Assembly: GCA_026025075.1 (NCBI GenBank)
Contig: JAPEUI010000148.1
Span: forward strand, 1-35,648
Origin: Vezdaea acicularis
Taxonomy: Eukaryota
Length of the DNA: 35,648 nt
Reading direction: 5' to 3'
The notes beneath the pieces are model-generated. The model worked only from the letters and a program-made list of their open reading frames with translations. It was not told the DNA's origin and did no database searches. The translations under genes were made by a program, and so were the position numbers. Position 1 is the stretch's first letter. Each line of letters starts with the position of its first letter. This document shows positions 15,501 to 27,818 of this stretch, in pieces.

Positions 15501-18046
15501 TCAAGCGTTGCAGCAGCCTTATCATCCGTCGAAAGCCCAAGCACGAGACTACTCAGAAGACTATCGGTTGTTGCAGGCGAGAGAATATAAGCTGTGGCTA
15601 GAGTAAGAGACATGGGTTTCCTTGATCGACGAAGAACTCACATGAATATTTAAGCGCGTAGCCTAGCATGGACCACTTCTCCTTGTTGCCTTGTAACGCA
15701 AGCGCATAAGCTCTCGAAACGTATGTGTCAAGCTCAGGGACTCGGGGTAGTTCTCTTTCCCACTCCGGCCCCCATGAGAGAGGCGTTAGGAGATTCCTGA
15801 GGGCATCATCCAGGCCCATAGGGTCCCCTCGTAGGATTGCCGTACTCGCAGCAGTGTATGAGGTTTCAAAGGCATGATTTTGACCATTGAGACGGCTGAA
15901 TCGGAACAAAGCCGAGCTCAGAAAGCCAAAAGACGGTGAAAACACTAAATGCGCGATGTCTTCCGTAAAAAATGCTGCTAACTCCTTCAACGTGTTAGTA
16001 ACTATTCCTCTGATATCCGATCTAGAACCCTTACTTCTGCTAGTGGTGTATCGGTGATAAAGCCCGGCGTTTCGCGTAGGCAGGATTCGATTGCCGATGC
16101 AGCACCAAAAGGCTTGCCTAATCAGAGTCAGAAGGAGATCCTAGAAGAAGAAGCCTATCGCACCATTTCGGGATTTGAGTATGCTCATAGCTTCTCTTAT
16201 AATGCTCAGCGAAGATGGCTGAATTATCACGCGAACAGGCGGTTTTCCAGTGAGATGTGGGTGGATATCATTCAGTATTTCCTTCTGTAAGACAAACCAT
16301 CTCTCTCCTTGTTGACAGATCTCCCTTTGAGAAGTTTCAAACCCCTGAGATTGCTCTGGAAGAGATTTCTTCATGTTCTCAATTAACGTATTCGCTAGTC
16401 TCAACCACTGTTCAGTAAGAAACTCCGTGGAACGTGCTGTTGGTAGGTCGATAATAGAATAAAAGGCCGATGTACTATCACTGCCTTGACCTATGGCCCA
16501 TTCCTTCCATTCCTTATTACCGCGCCAAAGATGGTGATCAATAATTGGCATGAGGCTTCCCCTCAATAATTCGAACGCCTGATCAGCATTGGGGGACTTT
16601 TGGGTCGTCGTTAGCTGAACAAACAGTTTCCTGGCAAGAGCGATGTAAGTAATCCAAGGTGATGCCGGATCTAAGTTTCGAATCCCTTCTGGCTTGCTAT
16701 TTATGCCTTCGCGTAATGATTCGAGCATGTCTCGGGCCCCAGGTAAAGTACTAGGAAATATCTCTAGGGGCAAACAACGAAAAAGCGCTGCAAGCTGACC
16801 ATAGAAGAACCCACTACCTTGGGAACCTTTGCTGAGAAAGTGGCAGAGTCGAGATGTTGCAGACTTCTTATTCGAATATGCATCGGTCCATATGGTTGGG
16901 AAGATTTTAGTCAAATCCGTCAATAGTTCAATGTAGTCCCACGAAGAGCCCGTCTGGTTGATACTCAGGCCTTTTACGATGACGGTGGAGCTGATCAGCT
17001 GTAGATGAGAATTGAAGAAATCTACACATTTGTAAGAAAGGCTTTTAGAGACATGTGGGGATGCATTGCTTCTACCTTTCTGAACCTTAATACACATCCG
17101 CAGCAATTTGTACGCTGACCGTCGTATAAAGGCATCCGCATTCGATATGAATGACCAGAGCTTCTCATTGGAGAGAAAATCTTCATATAGGCTGTTTTGC
17201 TCTCGGATCTTATCCTCAGGAATCTCCTCTACGCGAAGCAAATATCAGGGGCTTGCAAGCTTGAAGAAATCCTCGGAAAAGCTTACCTAGAAGATTCGTA
17301 ACGACCGATAAACTTGTCGCTACAACCCTTGCATATTTACCTTCGGCGTCATCAGGACTCACTGTACGCTCGTCACTAAGTGTAGACGGCGTTTCTTCGA
17401 GAGCTGCGTCTCTAGAATAGCTCAATATGGCTTTCTCGAAGACCACCCAAACCCCCCGCTGCTTCTCCTCTGACGGGAATACTGAATTGAAAGAGGCAAG
17501 CGCAGCCCGAGCAACTGAGCGATCATTATCAAATCGCCCAGCTAGCCATGCACCAGCAACTGTGGGCATGTATTTGGCTATCCGTTTGCCGCTGGAGAGT
17601 GAAATCTGACCCTGGAACATATGGGCTAACTGACGGACACGGAGTGCGTTATCAATAGAAGTGCGGGGATATAGTCTGGTCTAATGCTGCCATCATATTA
17701 CTAATGGCGTTTCTTCTATACATACAGAACAAAGGAGACGCACCCATGCCTCCAGGATGCCATCTTCAACTCCATCCCCGTCGACTTCTAGTGACGACAC
17801 GTAGGCCTGTAGGTCTTCCAGCGCCTTTATTTTTGTTATGCTGTCCTTTTTTGACAATCCCTTGAGAGCTATTGTAACGTTCGGATCTGACGCCGAAGGA
17901 TATTCTAGTGGTTCGGTGATGTAGGACAGTTGAGAAGGGGCAGACCCTAGGCTTGTTGAAGATCCGAAGCCGCCAAAAGCGCCCACGCCCGTCTTTGCGT
18001 AAGCCCGGCTGCTGCTAGCCTGAACCTTGAACTGCCGTTTACTCAT
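12591..18046 (-). CDS. RKR1: E3 ubiquitin ligase listerin, about 1659 aa, 10 exons: 18046-17744, 17680-17287, 17228-17076, 17021-16164, 16117-16035, 15984-15642, 15597-15246, 15195-12942, 12884-12728, 12673-12591
   Basis: N-terminal LKGLSKKDSITKIKALEDL and LYPRTSIDN motifs; RWD-like IRLPNSFPL; C-terminal RING ECSICYS...[29 protein letters not shown]. Exons sum to 4980 nt in frame. Confidence 0.93.
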
Positions 18047-18864
18047 GATGCCTTATTTGACGGCTGGGAAGCGCCCAGGAGTATATTTGATGTGGCAAGA
18101 CCTGGGGTGCGTTTTCAAAGCTCGAAGGTGCCGATCTGTATCGGTTGGGTGGCTTGGAATTATCACGCCACAGAAGCTGGCTAGAACTCTCCCCACAATT
18201 CTAGTGAATTGCCAAATTCAGCCTAGCGCTATCATCCTCTCGAATGAAAAAGCTTTTGGCAGGCTTTTCCCCTGGCACCTTTTGGAAAGTATGTCCGAGG
18301 CGACGGACGAACGCCCCTAGATACGCCGTGGTTTGGGCTGCGGTGAACCCTGCTCCAAGCTGGTGTCACTTGACCCACTTCAGATAAGATTGCGGGAAGC
18401 GCGGGGCATGGACCCCTAGTATTAAATGGCATAGACATTCAATGACTATCATACTTCTCTCAATACCGACTGCTATTACCATGCGTGATGTCTACGCTCG
18501 TTCTGATAGAACCTTTCCTGCTGTCTGCTCATATGGCATGCGCGCTTCTTACATAGATGAAGGTCCAAGAACTTTGCAACCGAGGTCCAAGGCTCTAGCT
18601 TTCAATGATAGTAGCCACTGTAGTAGATATCTTTTCACATGGATCGGAAAGCAAGCGCAAGACTGTGATTACAAGTAGATCGATATGCGATGCTTGTTTG
18701 AGACCCCTTTCAGGAAGCAAATTTTCATACCTCATTATTAAAGCCTCGGCAACCGACGCGCTCATTAGAGAGCTTCGCGTCTACTTATTGTACAGGTGGT
18801 AGGGACAACTTTTTTCAACGTTAAAGCTTTCCAAAAATTTGCTTCTGTCAGGTCTCCCGTGGCC

Positions 18865-21747
18865 ATGAAGTTCAATATAGGGTGAGTTCCTATGAAAAAG
18901 CGTGTTCTGATTGATAGCCTAACTTGTATTTAGAGATTTACCTGTTCTTTTCCCGTATCCAAGGATATATCCAGGTGAGTCGAAGGTAAGCTGATATTTG
19001 GCTCTATACACTGGGCTAAATCTACTAGAGCAATATGCGTACGTACCTAAGCACAAAAAGGCAGAACCGGTTGACTCACTTGAGGATATTCGCACAGATA
19101 CATGTGTGATCTCAAAAGTAGGCATGATCTTAATTCTTCTCTGAGTAGAGGTGCTTATATTGAACAGAGACACTGGATGCGGGAGGCCATGGGGTATTAG
19201 AGATGCCCTCGGGGACTGGGAAGACCGTTTCTCTTCTGTCCTTGATTGTGGCGTACCAGCAACATTACCCAGAACATCGCCAGCTCATCTATTGCTCCCG
19301 TAAGTGGCGAAGTTGTGAGGAGCTCTAGAATTAGCGTTAAGTGGTTCCAGGTACGATGTCAGAAATTGAAAAAGCACTGGCCGAGCTGAAAGCGCTCATG
19401 AAGTACCGAACGGAGCAACTCGGTAAGGAAGAAGACTTCAGGGGACTTGGCTTGACGAGCCGAAAGAATCTATGTCTTCACCCTTCTGTAAAAAGAGAGA
19501 AGAGTGGTGCAATCGTGGATGCCAGATGTCGAAGCTTGACTGCTGGATTCGTGAAAGAAAAGAAGGAACGGGGAGAGGATGTTGATATGTGCATATATCA
19601 CGATGTAGGACTCCCTTGGGCAAGCGGAGAATGGTACTGAACGCTGAAGCGTACAGAACCTGGACCTGCTGGAGCCTCATAATCTAATACCACCCGGTGT
19701 TTGGACTCTAGATGGAATGCTACGATGGGGCGAACAACAGAAGCAGTGTCCCTACTTCACGGCGAGAAGAATGGTACATTCATGGTACAGAAATGAGAGC
19801 ACTCATGTACTGACCGGTGCTATAGATGCCATTCTGCAACGTTGTCATATACTCCTATCATTACCTTCTTGATCCTAAAATCGCCGAGCGCGTGTCTAAG
19901 GAATTTTCAAAAGACTGCATCGTCGTCTTCGACGAAGCCCATAACATAGATAATGTGTGCATAGAGTCCCTGAGCATTGATCTCACAGAAGATTCATTGC
20001 GGAAAGCATCAAGAGGCGCGAACAATCTAGATCGTAAGATTACTGAAATGAAGTCAACGGACGCAGAAAAGTTGCAGAACGAGTATTCGAAATTAGTTGA
20101 AGGACTAAGATCAGCCGACGAAGGGAGAGAAGAGGATGCATTCATGGCAAACCCTGGTGAGAATCATAAGAAGATACCCAAAAACGCTAGCTGATCGTTA
20201 ATAGCGTTACCTGACGACCTCTTGAAAGAGGCTGTGCCCGGTAATATTCGGAGAGCAGAGCACTTCGTGGCATTTTTAAAACGGTTTGTAGAGTATCTGA
20301 AGGTATGTTTCGGGAAGTCCGAGCAAAGAAAAGGGGTTGCTAATCTCATACAAAAAGACAAGAATGAAGGTCCTCCATGTGATATCAGAGACGCCAGACT
20401 CATTTCTTCAACACTTAAAAGAGCTCACATTCATCGAAAAGAAGCCTTTGAGGTACAGGACCGGTCTCTGCAGTGTCTAAGACTCTACTAACAGGAACCA
20501 GGTTCTGCGCTGAACGATTGACGTCTCTTGTCAGAACATTAGAATTGACAAATATTGAGGACTACCAGCCATTGCAAGAAGTAGCTATGTTTGCAACTCT
20601 TGCCGCAACGTATGACAAGGGCTTCCTCCTAATTCTAGAGCCGTTCGAGTCAGAGAATGCGACGGTACCAAATCCTATCTTGCACTTTACGTGCCTTGAC
20701 GCTGCCATAGCGATTCGACCAGTCTTCGATCGTTTTAGCTCCGTAATCATCACTTCAGGAACTATTTCACCTCTTGAAATGTACCCTAAAATGCTAGGCT
20801 TTGAGACAGTCGTGCAGGAATCATATAGCATGACGCTTGCTCGGCGATCATTTTTGCCTATGATAGTCACCCGTGGCAGTGATCAACTTGCAGTAAGCTC
20901 AGGCTTCCAAGTTAGAAACGAGCCCGGGGTGGTCCGGAATTACGGAAATGTTCTCATGGAGTTCTCAAAGATCACTCCCGATGGCATCGTGGTCTTCTTT
21001 CCTAGTTACTTGTATATGGAGCTAATCATCAGCAAGTGGCAAGCTATGGACATCCTCGACGAAATTTGGAAATATAAACTAATTTTAGTTGAGACGCCTG
21101 ATAGTCAAGAGACGTCCCTAGCTCTGGAGACATATCGTACAGCTTGTTGCAACGGCCGCGGTGCGATTCTGCTTTGCGTTGCTCGAGGAAAAGTCTCGGA
21201 GGGTATCGATTTTGACCATCATTACGGGCGCACTGTGATTTGTATCGGCGTCCCTTTCCAGTACACGGAGTCCAGAATCTTAAAAGCTAGGTTAGAGTTC
21301 TTGCGGGAAAACTACCAAATCCGAGAGAACGACTTTCTTTCTTTCGACGCGATGCGGCACGCAGCGCAGTGTCTGGGTCGTGTCTTACGTGGGAAAGACG
21401 ACTACGGAATAATGGTGCTCGCCGACAAGCGATTCCAGAAAAAGCGTAGCCAGCTTCCCAAATGGATCAATCAGGCATTGTTGGATGCAGAAACAAACCT
21501 GAGCACTGACATGGCCGTAGCTGCCGCGAAAAAATTTCTAAGAACCATGGCGCAACCGTTCCGGGCAAAAGATCAGGAAGGGATTAGCACCTGGAGCTAC
21601 GAAGACTTGATGAAGCATAAGGAGGTGTCAGAACACGAAGAGATTAGAAGGTTGCAGCAGAACGGTATGCAACCGGTTGTTGAAGAAGAATATGAGGATA
21701 TGGAAGTTGAGGCAGCGATCATGGCAATGGATTCGGGGAGTGACTAA
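18865..21747 (+). CDS. RAD3: TFIIH helicase XPD/Rad3, about 786 aa, 11 exons: 18865-18881, 18934-18974, 19029-19038, 19098-19117, 19168-19299, 19351-19604, 19657-19773, 19826-20156, 20205-20302, 20358-20452, 20502-21747
   Basis: Walker [17 protein letters not shown], four Fe-S cysteines (CLHP, CRSL, CIYH, CPYF), [27 protein letters not shown]. Exons sum to 2361 nt. Confidence 0.96.
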
Positions 21748-21846
21748 AATGGCAGTATGTATCGCTGACATGCATAGCACCAGGATAGAGATGCATTTAG
21801 GATTATAGTATCCGTGCGGAGGAGTCTGCTCTGAGTTTTATAAGAC

Positions 21847-23173
21847 CTAAGATTTGGTTAGGAAAGGGTGTTTCAGTGCCTCTTCTGCTGTGACCCGCTC
21901 GGAACGCTCAAATCTCACAAGCTTGGCCACGAAGTCCCTCTCTATTTCATCCGCACCAGGCAAAAGCTCCTCCCATGGCTTTCCTTCAAACTTACGAAAC
22001 CCCATCTTTCCCCAGTCTGGATATTCACTTGCACCAGGCCATGTCTCATCTGTTGGAGTGCCTAGGTTCTGAAAGTGACTTTGTATGAGAGCAAGTTCGC
22101 TACCTAGATCGCCGGAATCGAACAGCGGTTTGCTAGGCCTCGCAACAACCTCAGCTGCTACACACCCAGCAGCCCAAAGGTCGAGCGTTGTATCGTAAGC
22201 GTCGAATCCGAACAATAGCTCTGGAGGCCTGTAACATGTTGTCCCGACATCTGTGATTTTTCTATCCTTGGGCTCCCGAGAAATAGAGAAGCTAGGCGAC
22301 CATGCAGTGCCGAAGTCAGCAAGGAATGCCGGTCCCTCCGGCGTACGTAGAAGAATGTTATCCGGTTTGATATCGCGATGGATGATTCCTTTCTCGTGGA
22401 CGTAGCTTAATGCCTGAAAGAGTGCACGAATATGGAGACGTGCTAGCGTGGGTGGCAGCTTTTGAGCCCGTATTAGAGAGAAGAGCGTATACGGCTCGTA
22501 AGGAAATATGAGGGCCAGATTAGGCGCTTGGAGGCGAATTACATCAAGCAATGGAAGGATGTTGGCATGGCTGAGACTCTTGAGAATCTCGGCTTCAACA
22601 CGGGAGTTATGTGGAGGTGGATCCTCGTTACCTTGGGCTAACTTGAGGACAATTAGAGTTTGCGGGGAGGTAAGTGATGGAGCTCGGTATACAGTGCTAG
22701 ATGGGGTGCTGAGGAGATATTCGGCAGATGTATAAGGACCTATGGTCCGCCTAGAGGATGGGTCTTTGGTGAATGGGAAATCGAATGGGAGTACATCCGT
22801 CGCCGAGGTCGCTCGAGAATGATGGTCTACTCTCAGGTGATGAGTCTCCTCACCAATGTGAGTATTGTAATGGTTCTAACGACAACTAGTTAGACATATG
22901 TGTTGCCTGGGTCCAAGGTCCATAGGCCTATTTGCGTACCAATGAAATGGCTTTGCGATAAGTTCCGTCCTCGGTGTCTCTGGCATATGCCTGAGCCTCG
23001 GATCCAGAGACACCTGGATACACTTCTTTGTATGCCTCAGCTCTATAGCACAAAGAGTATTAGGAATTCCCCTAAAAGTATGACTGCAGATTCTCCGATA
23101 CTTGCATTTTCAGCACATTTGAAAGGCGTTCCGAGAAGCTTGCGCTCGAACGCCAATCCGGACTAGATGACAT
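21847..23173 (-). CDS. CAK1: Cak1/Csk1-like monomeric CDK-activating kinase with N-terminal KIX-like domain, 399 aa; complement(join(21847..22875,22940..23042,23106..23173))
   Basis: The frame is open far upstream of the ORF-track TTG start. Motifs VLK, PPHNSRVEAEIL (Cak1-type alphaC region), HRDIKPDN, DFG, YRPPELLFG, DLWAAGC; no GxGxxG loop (STPSSTVY), as is typical of Cak1/Csk1. Intron 1 is GC-AG. Confidence 0.82.
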
Positions 23174-23690
23174 CCCCCAATGCAGAAGTTACCAGAAGAG
23201 ATCACAAATGGGAATGTATATCTAAAACTTAGATAAGTGGGACAAATTTGAGGGAAGTTGCATGTAGTTGAGCGGTACTGTATCTCTCAGGCACAAGCTC
23301 CAAACTCGAAATGAACAAGAAATACCACCACTCCCGCAAAGGCGCGGCGCGTTCAATGGGCCATCAAACTGCCACGAAAGTGAAAAGTGTACGATTGAAG
23401 GAGCTGAGAACTACTAGTGATTCTTTCCAATAAGTTAGTCCATTCAACAGGTAGAGATCTCTCTTTACAGGGGTGTGTTAGCAGATGTGTTGGCAAAGTT
23501 CGAAATTCAGCATTTGTAGGCTCTCTCGGTGGCCGTTGGAGCTACGGCCGCGGCGCTGGGATCTTCAACTCGTGAATCCTATCCCTCGGCCTCCGAACGA
23601 CGCAACCCAGGAACTGTGTAGATCGATTTGGTGCGTTTTGTATAGTTCGCCTCAGTTCTCTATGTGTGCCTCGCCCAGTTCTGCTGCGAC

Positions 23691-26627
23691 ATGGAGTTCT
23701 CCAGGCAAGAATATCCGGCTATACTGGTAAGTCAATCCCAGAGTAACTCTGCTGCCCGGAAGAGCAGTGACTTAAGAGCGATCTTCGCAATAGGACACCC
23801 TCCAGCCAGCACAAGCAGTCGCCACACTCAACGAGCGAGTAAAGCGTGTCGGAAAGTTGAATTCGGAAGTCGCCGACTGGCTGCAGGTAATGCGCTACTG
23901 GAATTACCAGTGGTTGTCACTGCTCACAATGAGAACAGGAACGAAGGAAGGTGGAGGAAGCTTACGTTCAAGGCTTGAAGAAACTTGCAAGGAAACAGCC
24001 GCCTGATGAAAGTTCAGAGCTCGGGTGAGTGGTGAATACATTGTAAACCTACATCCATTGACCTAGCTAGTGTTTTTTCCGTGCCATGGACAAAGATAGT
24101 CTCATCAACGGAGGCAATCGCGGCCTCGCATCATGTTCTTGCGGGAAAGATTGAGATTGACGTGGAGCTTCCACTCCGGGAATTCACAACCAAGAATCGA
24201 GATATGCAAACTATGAGCACCATACAGGGGAACCTCGCGGCAATGGCTAAGGAAATCGATGCTGCGCAAGACAAAGCGGACAAGTTGAAAAAGAGGGGTG
24301 GCAAAGCTTCAGCCGAAAAAGTTGCAAATGCTTCGTCGGATGTCGAGAATGCTCAATCTCAATGGTCTTCTCAAGCTCCCTTTGTTTTCGAAAAGCTTCA
24401 GGCGCTTGACGAATCACGGTTAAACCATCTTAGAGACGTCCTTACCCAATTCCAGACGCACGAAGTAGACCAAGTCGAACGGAGTAGAGTGACAGCGGAG
24501 GATTGTTTGAATGCACTCTTGAATGTGGAAACAGTAGACGAGATCAAGACATTTGCTGCAAGAGCTGTGTCTGGCAGGCCACGGCTGGAAAGGAAAAGAA
24601 GTAGAACAATCATGGGATCTTCTACATCGACCAGTTTAGCGCCCCCTAACTTTCAAACATCAGATGCTGAAATAGCTCCCACCCCTCAAAGCCTTGAACC
24701 GGATGCCGCCAGTCAAAGGTCAGGTGCATCAGGTGGTGCAGTAAGGGCAAATACGCGTATGATTATCCTGGAAAGACTCTTTCACTAGATAAGACTAACT
24801 GTGCCTTGCAATAGCGAAAGAAAGCCGCCATGGAGGCCTCAGTAGTTTAAAGCGCCTTGGGACTGTCATAAGCAGAAGAAGGCAGAGTGCCATACCACCA
24901 TATGGAAGGACGCCATCACCAGGCAAGCAGTCCACCGATAGGTTTGGTGGCTTTGGGCGCAGCTCAAGAGATGCGCCGCCAGTTCCATCACCCCGAAACT
25001 CTTCAGTGAATGTAACAGGCTCGCCAACTCAAGAAGAGCGATCCAGCTCTTTTCCATCAGATGCCTTATCCCCTCTAGAAGCGCGCCAAAACTCGAGAGA
25101 TATCACAAATGGAGAGATCAGAGAATCGCAGTCCGGCCATCCAAACAATCTTTTGTCAGTGAATGGGCCTAGGATATTTGAGGGCAATCAAGGATCACCG
25201 ACAATCCAGCAACCTGCTTCAACGGCCGCACGGGAGCCCACTTACAGAGACCAATCGAATGCCCCCAGCCCTCCGCAGGTAAGTGCATCAGAAGCAATGG
25301 CACAAGCTCAAGCAGAGGCAGCAAAGTAAGTTAGCTTATTACATTGCCATTATTTACACCTAACAATGTCAGTCAACAGCCACAGTTCAAACTCGATATT
25401 CGTAATGATCCAATCCAGGAAGAAGATGGCGATGCAGAGACTGCACTTGCTCATGTTGCAAATACGTTAAGGGCGGTGAGTGCAAACCTTGTAAATTTCC
25501 TTTATGCTGTGCTGACAGATCAGCAGCAAGCTGCTCAGCCGCCAAGCCGGAAAGCTGGCACTGTTCGTGGGCGGAGGGAAGTTCGCAATACGGTTTTCGT
25601 GCCGTCTCCACCGACTCCAGAGGTGGCGGGCACAGAGTCCGCAAACCATAACAGCTCTCCTTTCAGGCCTGGGAAGGCTGTTGTCTTTGCTCCTGAGGAT
25701 CATGCCGGGTCCGATACGCAATCAGTTCGTTCCTCACGGTCTCTCAGCACTATTGCTAGCGCTATCGTCAGGCATCCTGACATGCATGAGCCTGGCCTAA
25801 ACTGCTCCGTTGTGGAAACTGTAAGCGCCTGGTTTGAACATGGCCAAATCGTCAAAGGGACTGTAATCGGCGAACTTGCTTTACAATATCATCCGCCAAG
25901 CTCAATAAGTACTGCAACAACGGAAGCCATTAGACTCGAGAATTTTCAGGCTCTAGAAAAGGTTGCGCCGAACCCAACATTTATCAGTCAAATTCCAGAA
26001 AAACCTGGAGAATACGATGTCAATCTTTCTCACCTCTCAAAAACTACCGTTGCGTTCAAATACAAAGTCCACTTGGAGGATACCGCTCTTTCTACACACG
26101 CTCCGTTAATCATTATTCCGTCTTGGAAAATTGAGCCAAAACAAACTTCAGTCATTCTGTCTTACGCATTAAACCCTACATTCGGCTCTGGAAGTATCAA
26201 AAATACCATCCTTCATGAAGTGGTCTTCATCATTCATGTTGAGGGCACGAAGCCTTCCAGCTGCCAGTCTAAACCGGTTGGAAATTTTTCAAAAGAGAAG
26301 TCTTTGATTTACTGGAGAGTTGGAGAAGTCAAGCTATCCGCTGATACCGCGCCTACCAAACTGCTAGCACGTTTTACAACCGAAGAAGAAGCAAAGCCTG
26401 GAAATGTCGAGGCCAGATGGGAGATCAGCGGCGAACATGCCACAGGTATAGGAAGTGGCCTGAACGTCAGCCAAATAAGCCCTACGTCTGCTGCGCCTAC
26501 GACATCAGTGCCAGGCCCAGATGCCGATCCCTTCGCTGACGAACGCGCTGTTCCAAGCCCGGGCTTTGGATGGAAAGAGGTTCCCTCAATGCGACGGGTA
26601 GTTAGTGGCAAATACTCCGCGTTATAG
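23691..26627 (+). CDS. SYP1: Muniscin Syp1/FCHO-like endocytic adaptor (F-BAR, linker, mu-homology domain), about 872 aa; exons 23691-23726, 23794-23886, 23939-24024, 24071-24756, 24815-25325, 25373-25475, 25524-26627
   Basis: MEFSRQEYPAIL; VADWLQERRKVEEAYVQGLKKLAR; FEKLQALDESRLNHLRDVLTQF (F-BAR); PGLNCSVVETVSAWF...VIGELAL...VVSGKY (muniscin C-terminus). Exons sum to 2619 nt. Confidence 0.88.
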
Positions 26628-27091
26628 TGTGATATCCGCCGTGCCACAGGAACATTACAATAATCGCCAGATCAAGGCTCGTTGTCGTAATAATAGATTG
26701 TACATATTATCCAAATGCTAATTTCCCCCTTTCAATGCGATCAACCCCTTCAAGAAAGGGGCAATATCAAATTAGCCGAATCCGAGTGCTTAGATACAAA
26801 AGCAATTCTGGCCTCCGGGGTCTTAAAGGCCCTGATTCCGACCAAAACTTAAACAGAGAATTGGACTAAATTTGAAACTTTCGGAGATGTCATGCCATTC
26901 AGATCCCAACCAATGAAATCTCTACATTTATATCTCGAAACCTCGAACGCGTTCTGTAGCGCCTTACATCTCGCGTTTGCTACTTTGATATAGAAGAAAT
27001 ACAGTGCATTAGATTCCACCGAGCGCCTCTTGTCTGGGCTTACTCTTTTTCTCTTTCACAGTCTTACTCAGCCATCGACGTCAGATTAAAT

Positions 27092-27460
27092 ATGGACCTA
27101 CAAACCTTCAAAGTTTCCCTCGGATATCTTCTGGCAACCACCTACATCTTTTCTGGCTTCCGCGCATTCGTCGACCCTCTCACTCAGGCACAAACATATG
27201 GCCTTCCCCTCACGGAGAAAACAAATTCCTACCTCCCTGTCATGGGCACGCGCAATATCGGCTTCGGACTCGGCATCAGCGCGCTCCTCTACAAGGGCGA
27301 TAAACGCTCTGCGGGATTCTTGTTGTGCATGGCGATAGTAGTCGGAGCGCTAGATACGTGGGCAGCATATCAGCATGCCAGGAAGATGACGCCGGGAATT
27401 TGGAGCAATAGTGTTGGGGACTTGGCCTGCGGTGCAGTGGGATATTGGTTGACGGTGTAG
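27092..27460 (+). CDS. Small multi-pass membrane protein, DUF4267-like, 122 aa
   Basis: About 4 hydrophobic segments with P..AQTYGLP, GTRNIGFG and GALD motifs that resemble DUF4267; single exon. Confidence 0.7.
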   Translation: MDLQTFKVSLGYLLATTYIFSGFRAFVDPLTQAQTYGLPLTEKTNSYLPVMGTRNIGFGLGISALLYKGDKRSAGFLLCMAIVVGALDTWAAYQHARKMTPGIWSNSVGDLACGAVGYWLTV

Positions 27461-27818
27461 ATAGTAAGGAGCGTCCAGCGGATGGGCGTGCGGATGCGAC
27501 GGTCTGATGATGCAATTTGGCAGCCCGATCATATCAAGGACTGATGATTGAGCCTTACACGTTGACTACATGGGTGGCTAAGAACATCTATATATTTAGA
27601 TAAGGACATTTACATGTTTTGCTATAGTAATAGAGTTGAACGCATCAATCACGTGCGAATAAAGAATGTCGCGACTGTTTGGCGATTTTGCCCTATGTAT
27701 ACCAAGGTCGCAACACAATGAGCAGTGAACCTTCCATATCTGTCGAAGCTATGGATATTTTGACGCGTCTTGAGCTGATATGAGCTCTCCAAATTCGAAA
27801 GCTCTGTCGCAAAAGCGC

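Noticed and set aside
27763..27768. MCB-like ACGCGT upstream of MAD1
   Set aside because: A single hexamer only 50 nt from the ATG; plausible but not distinguishable from chance.
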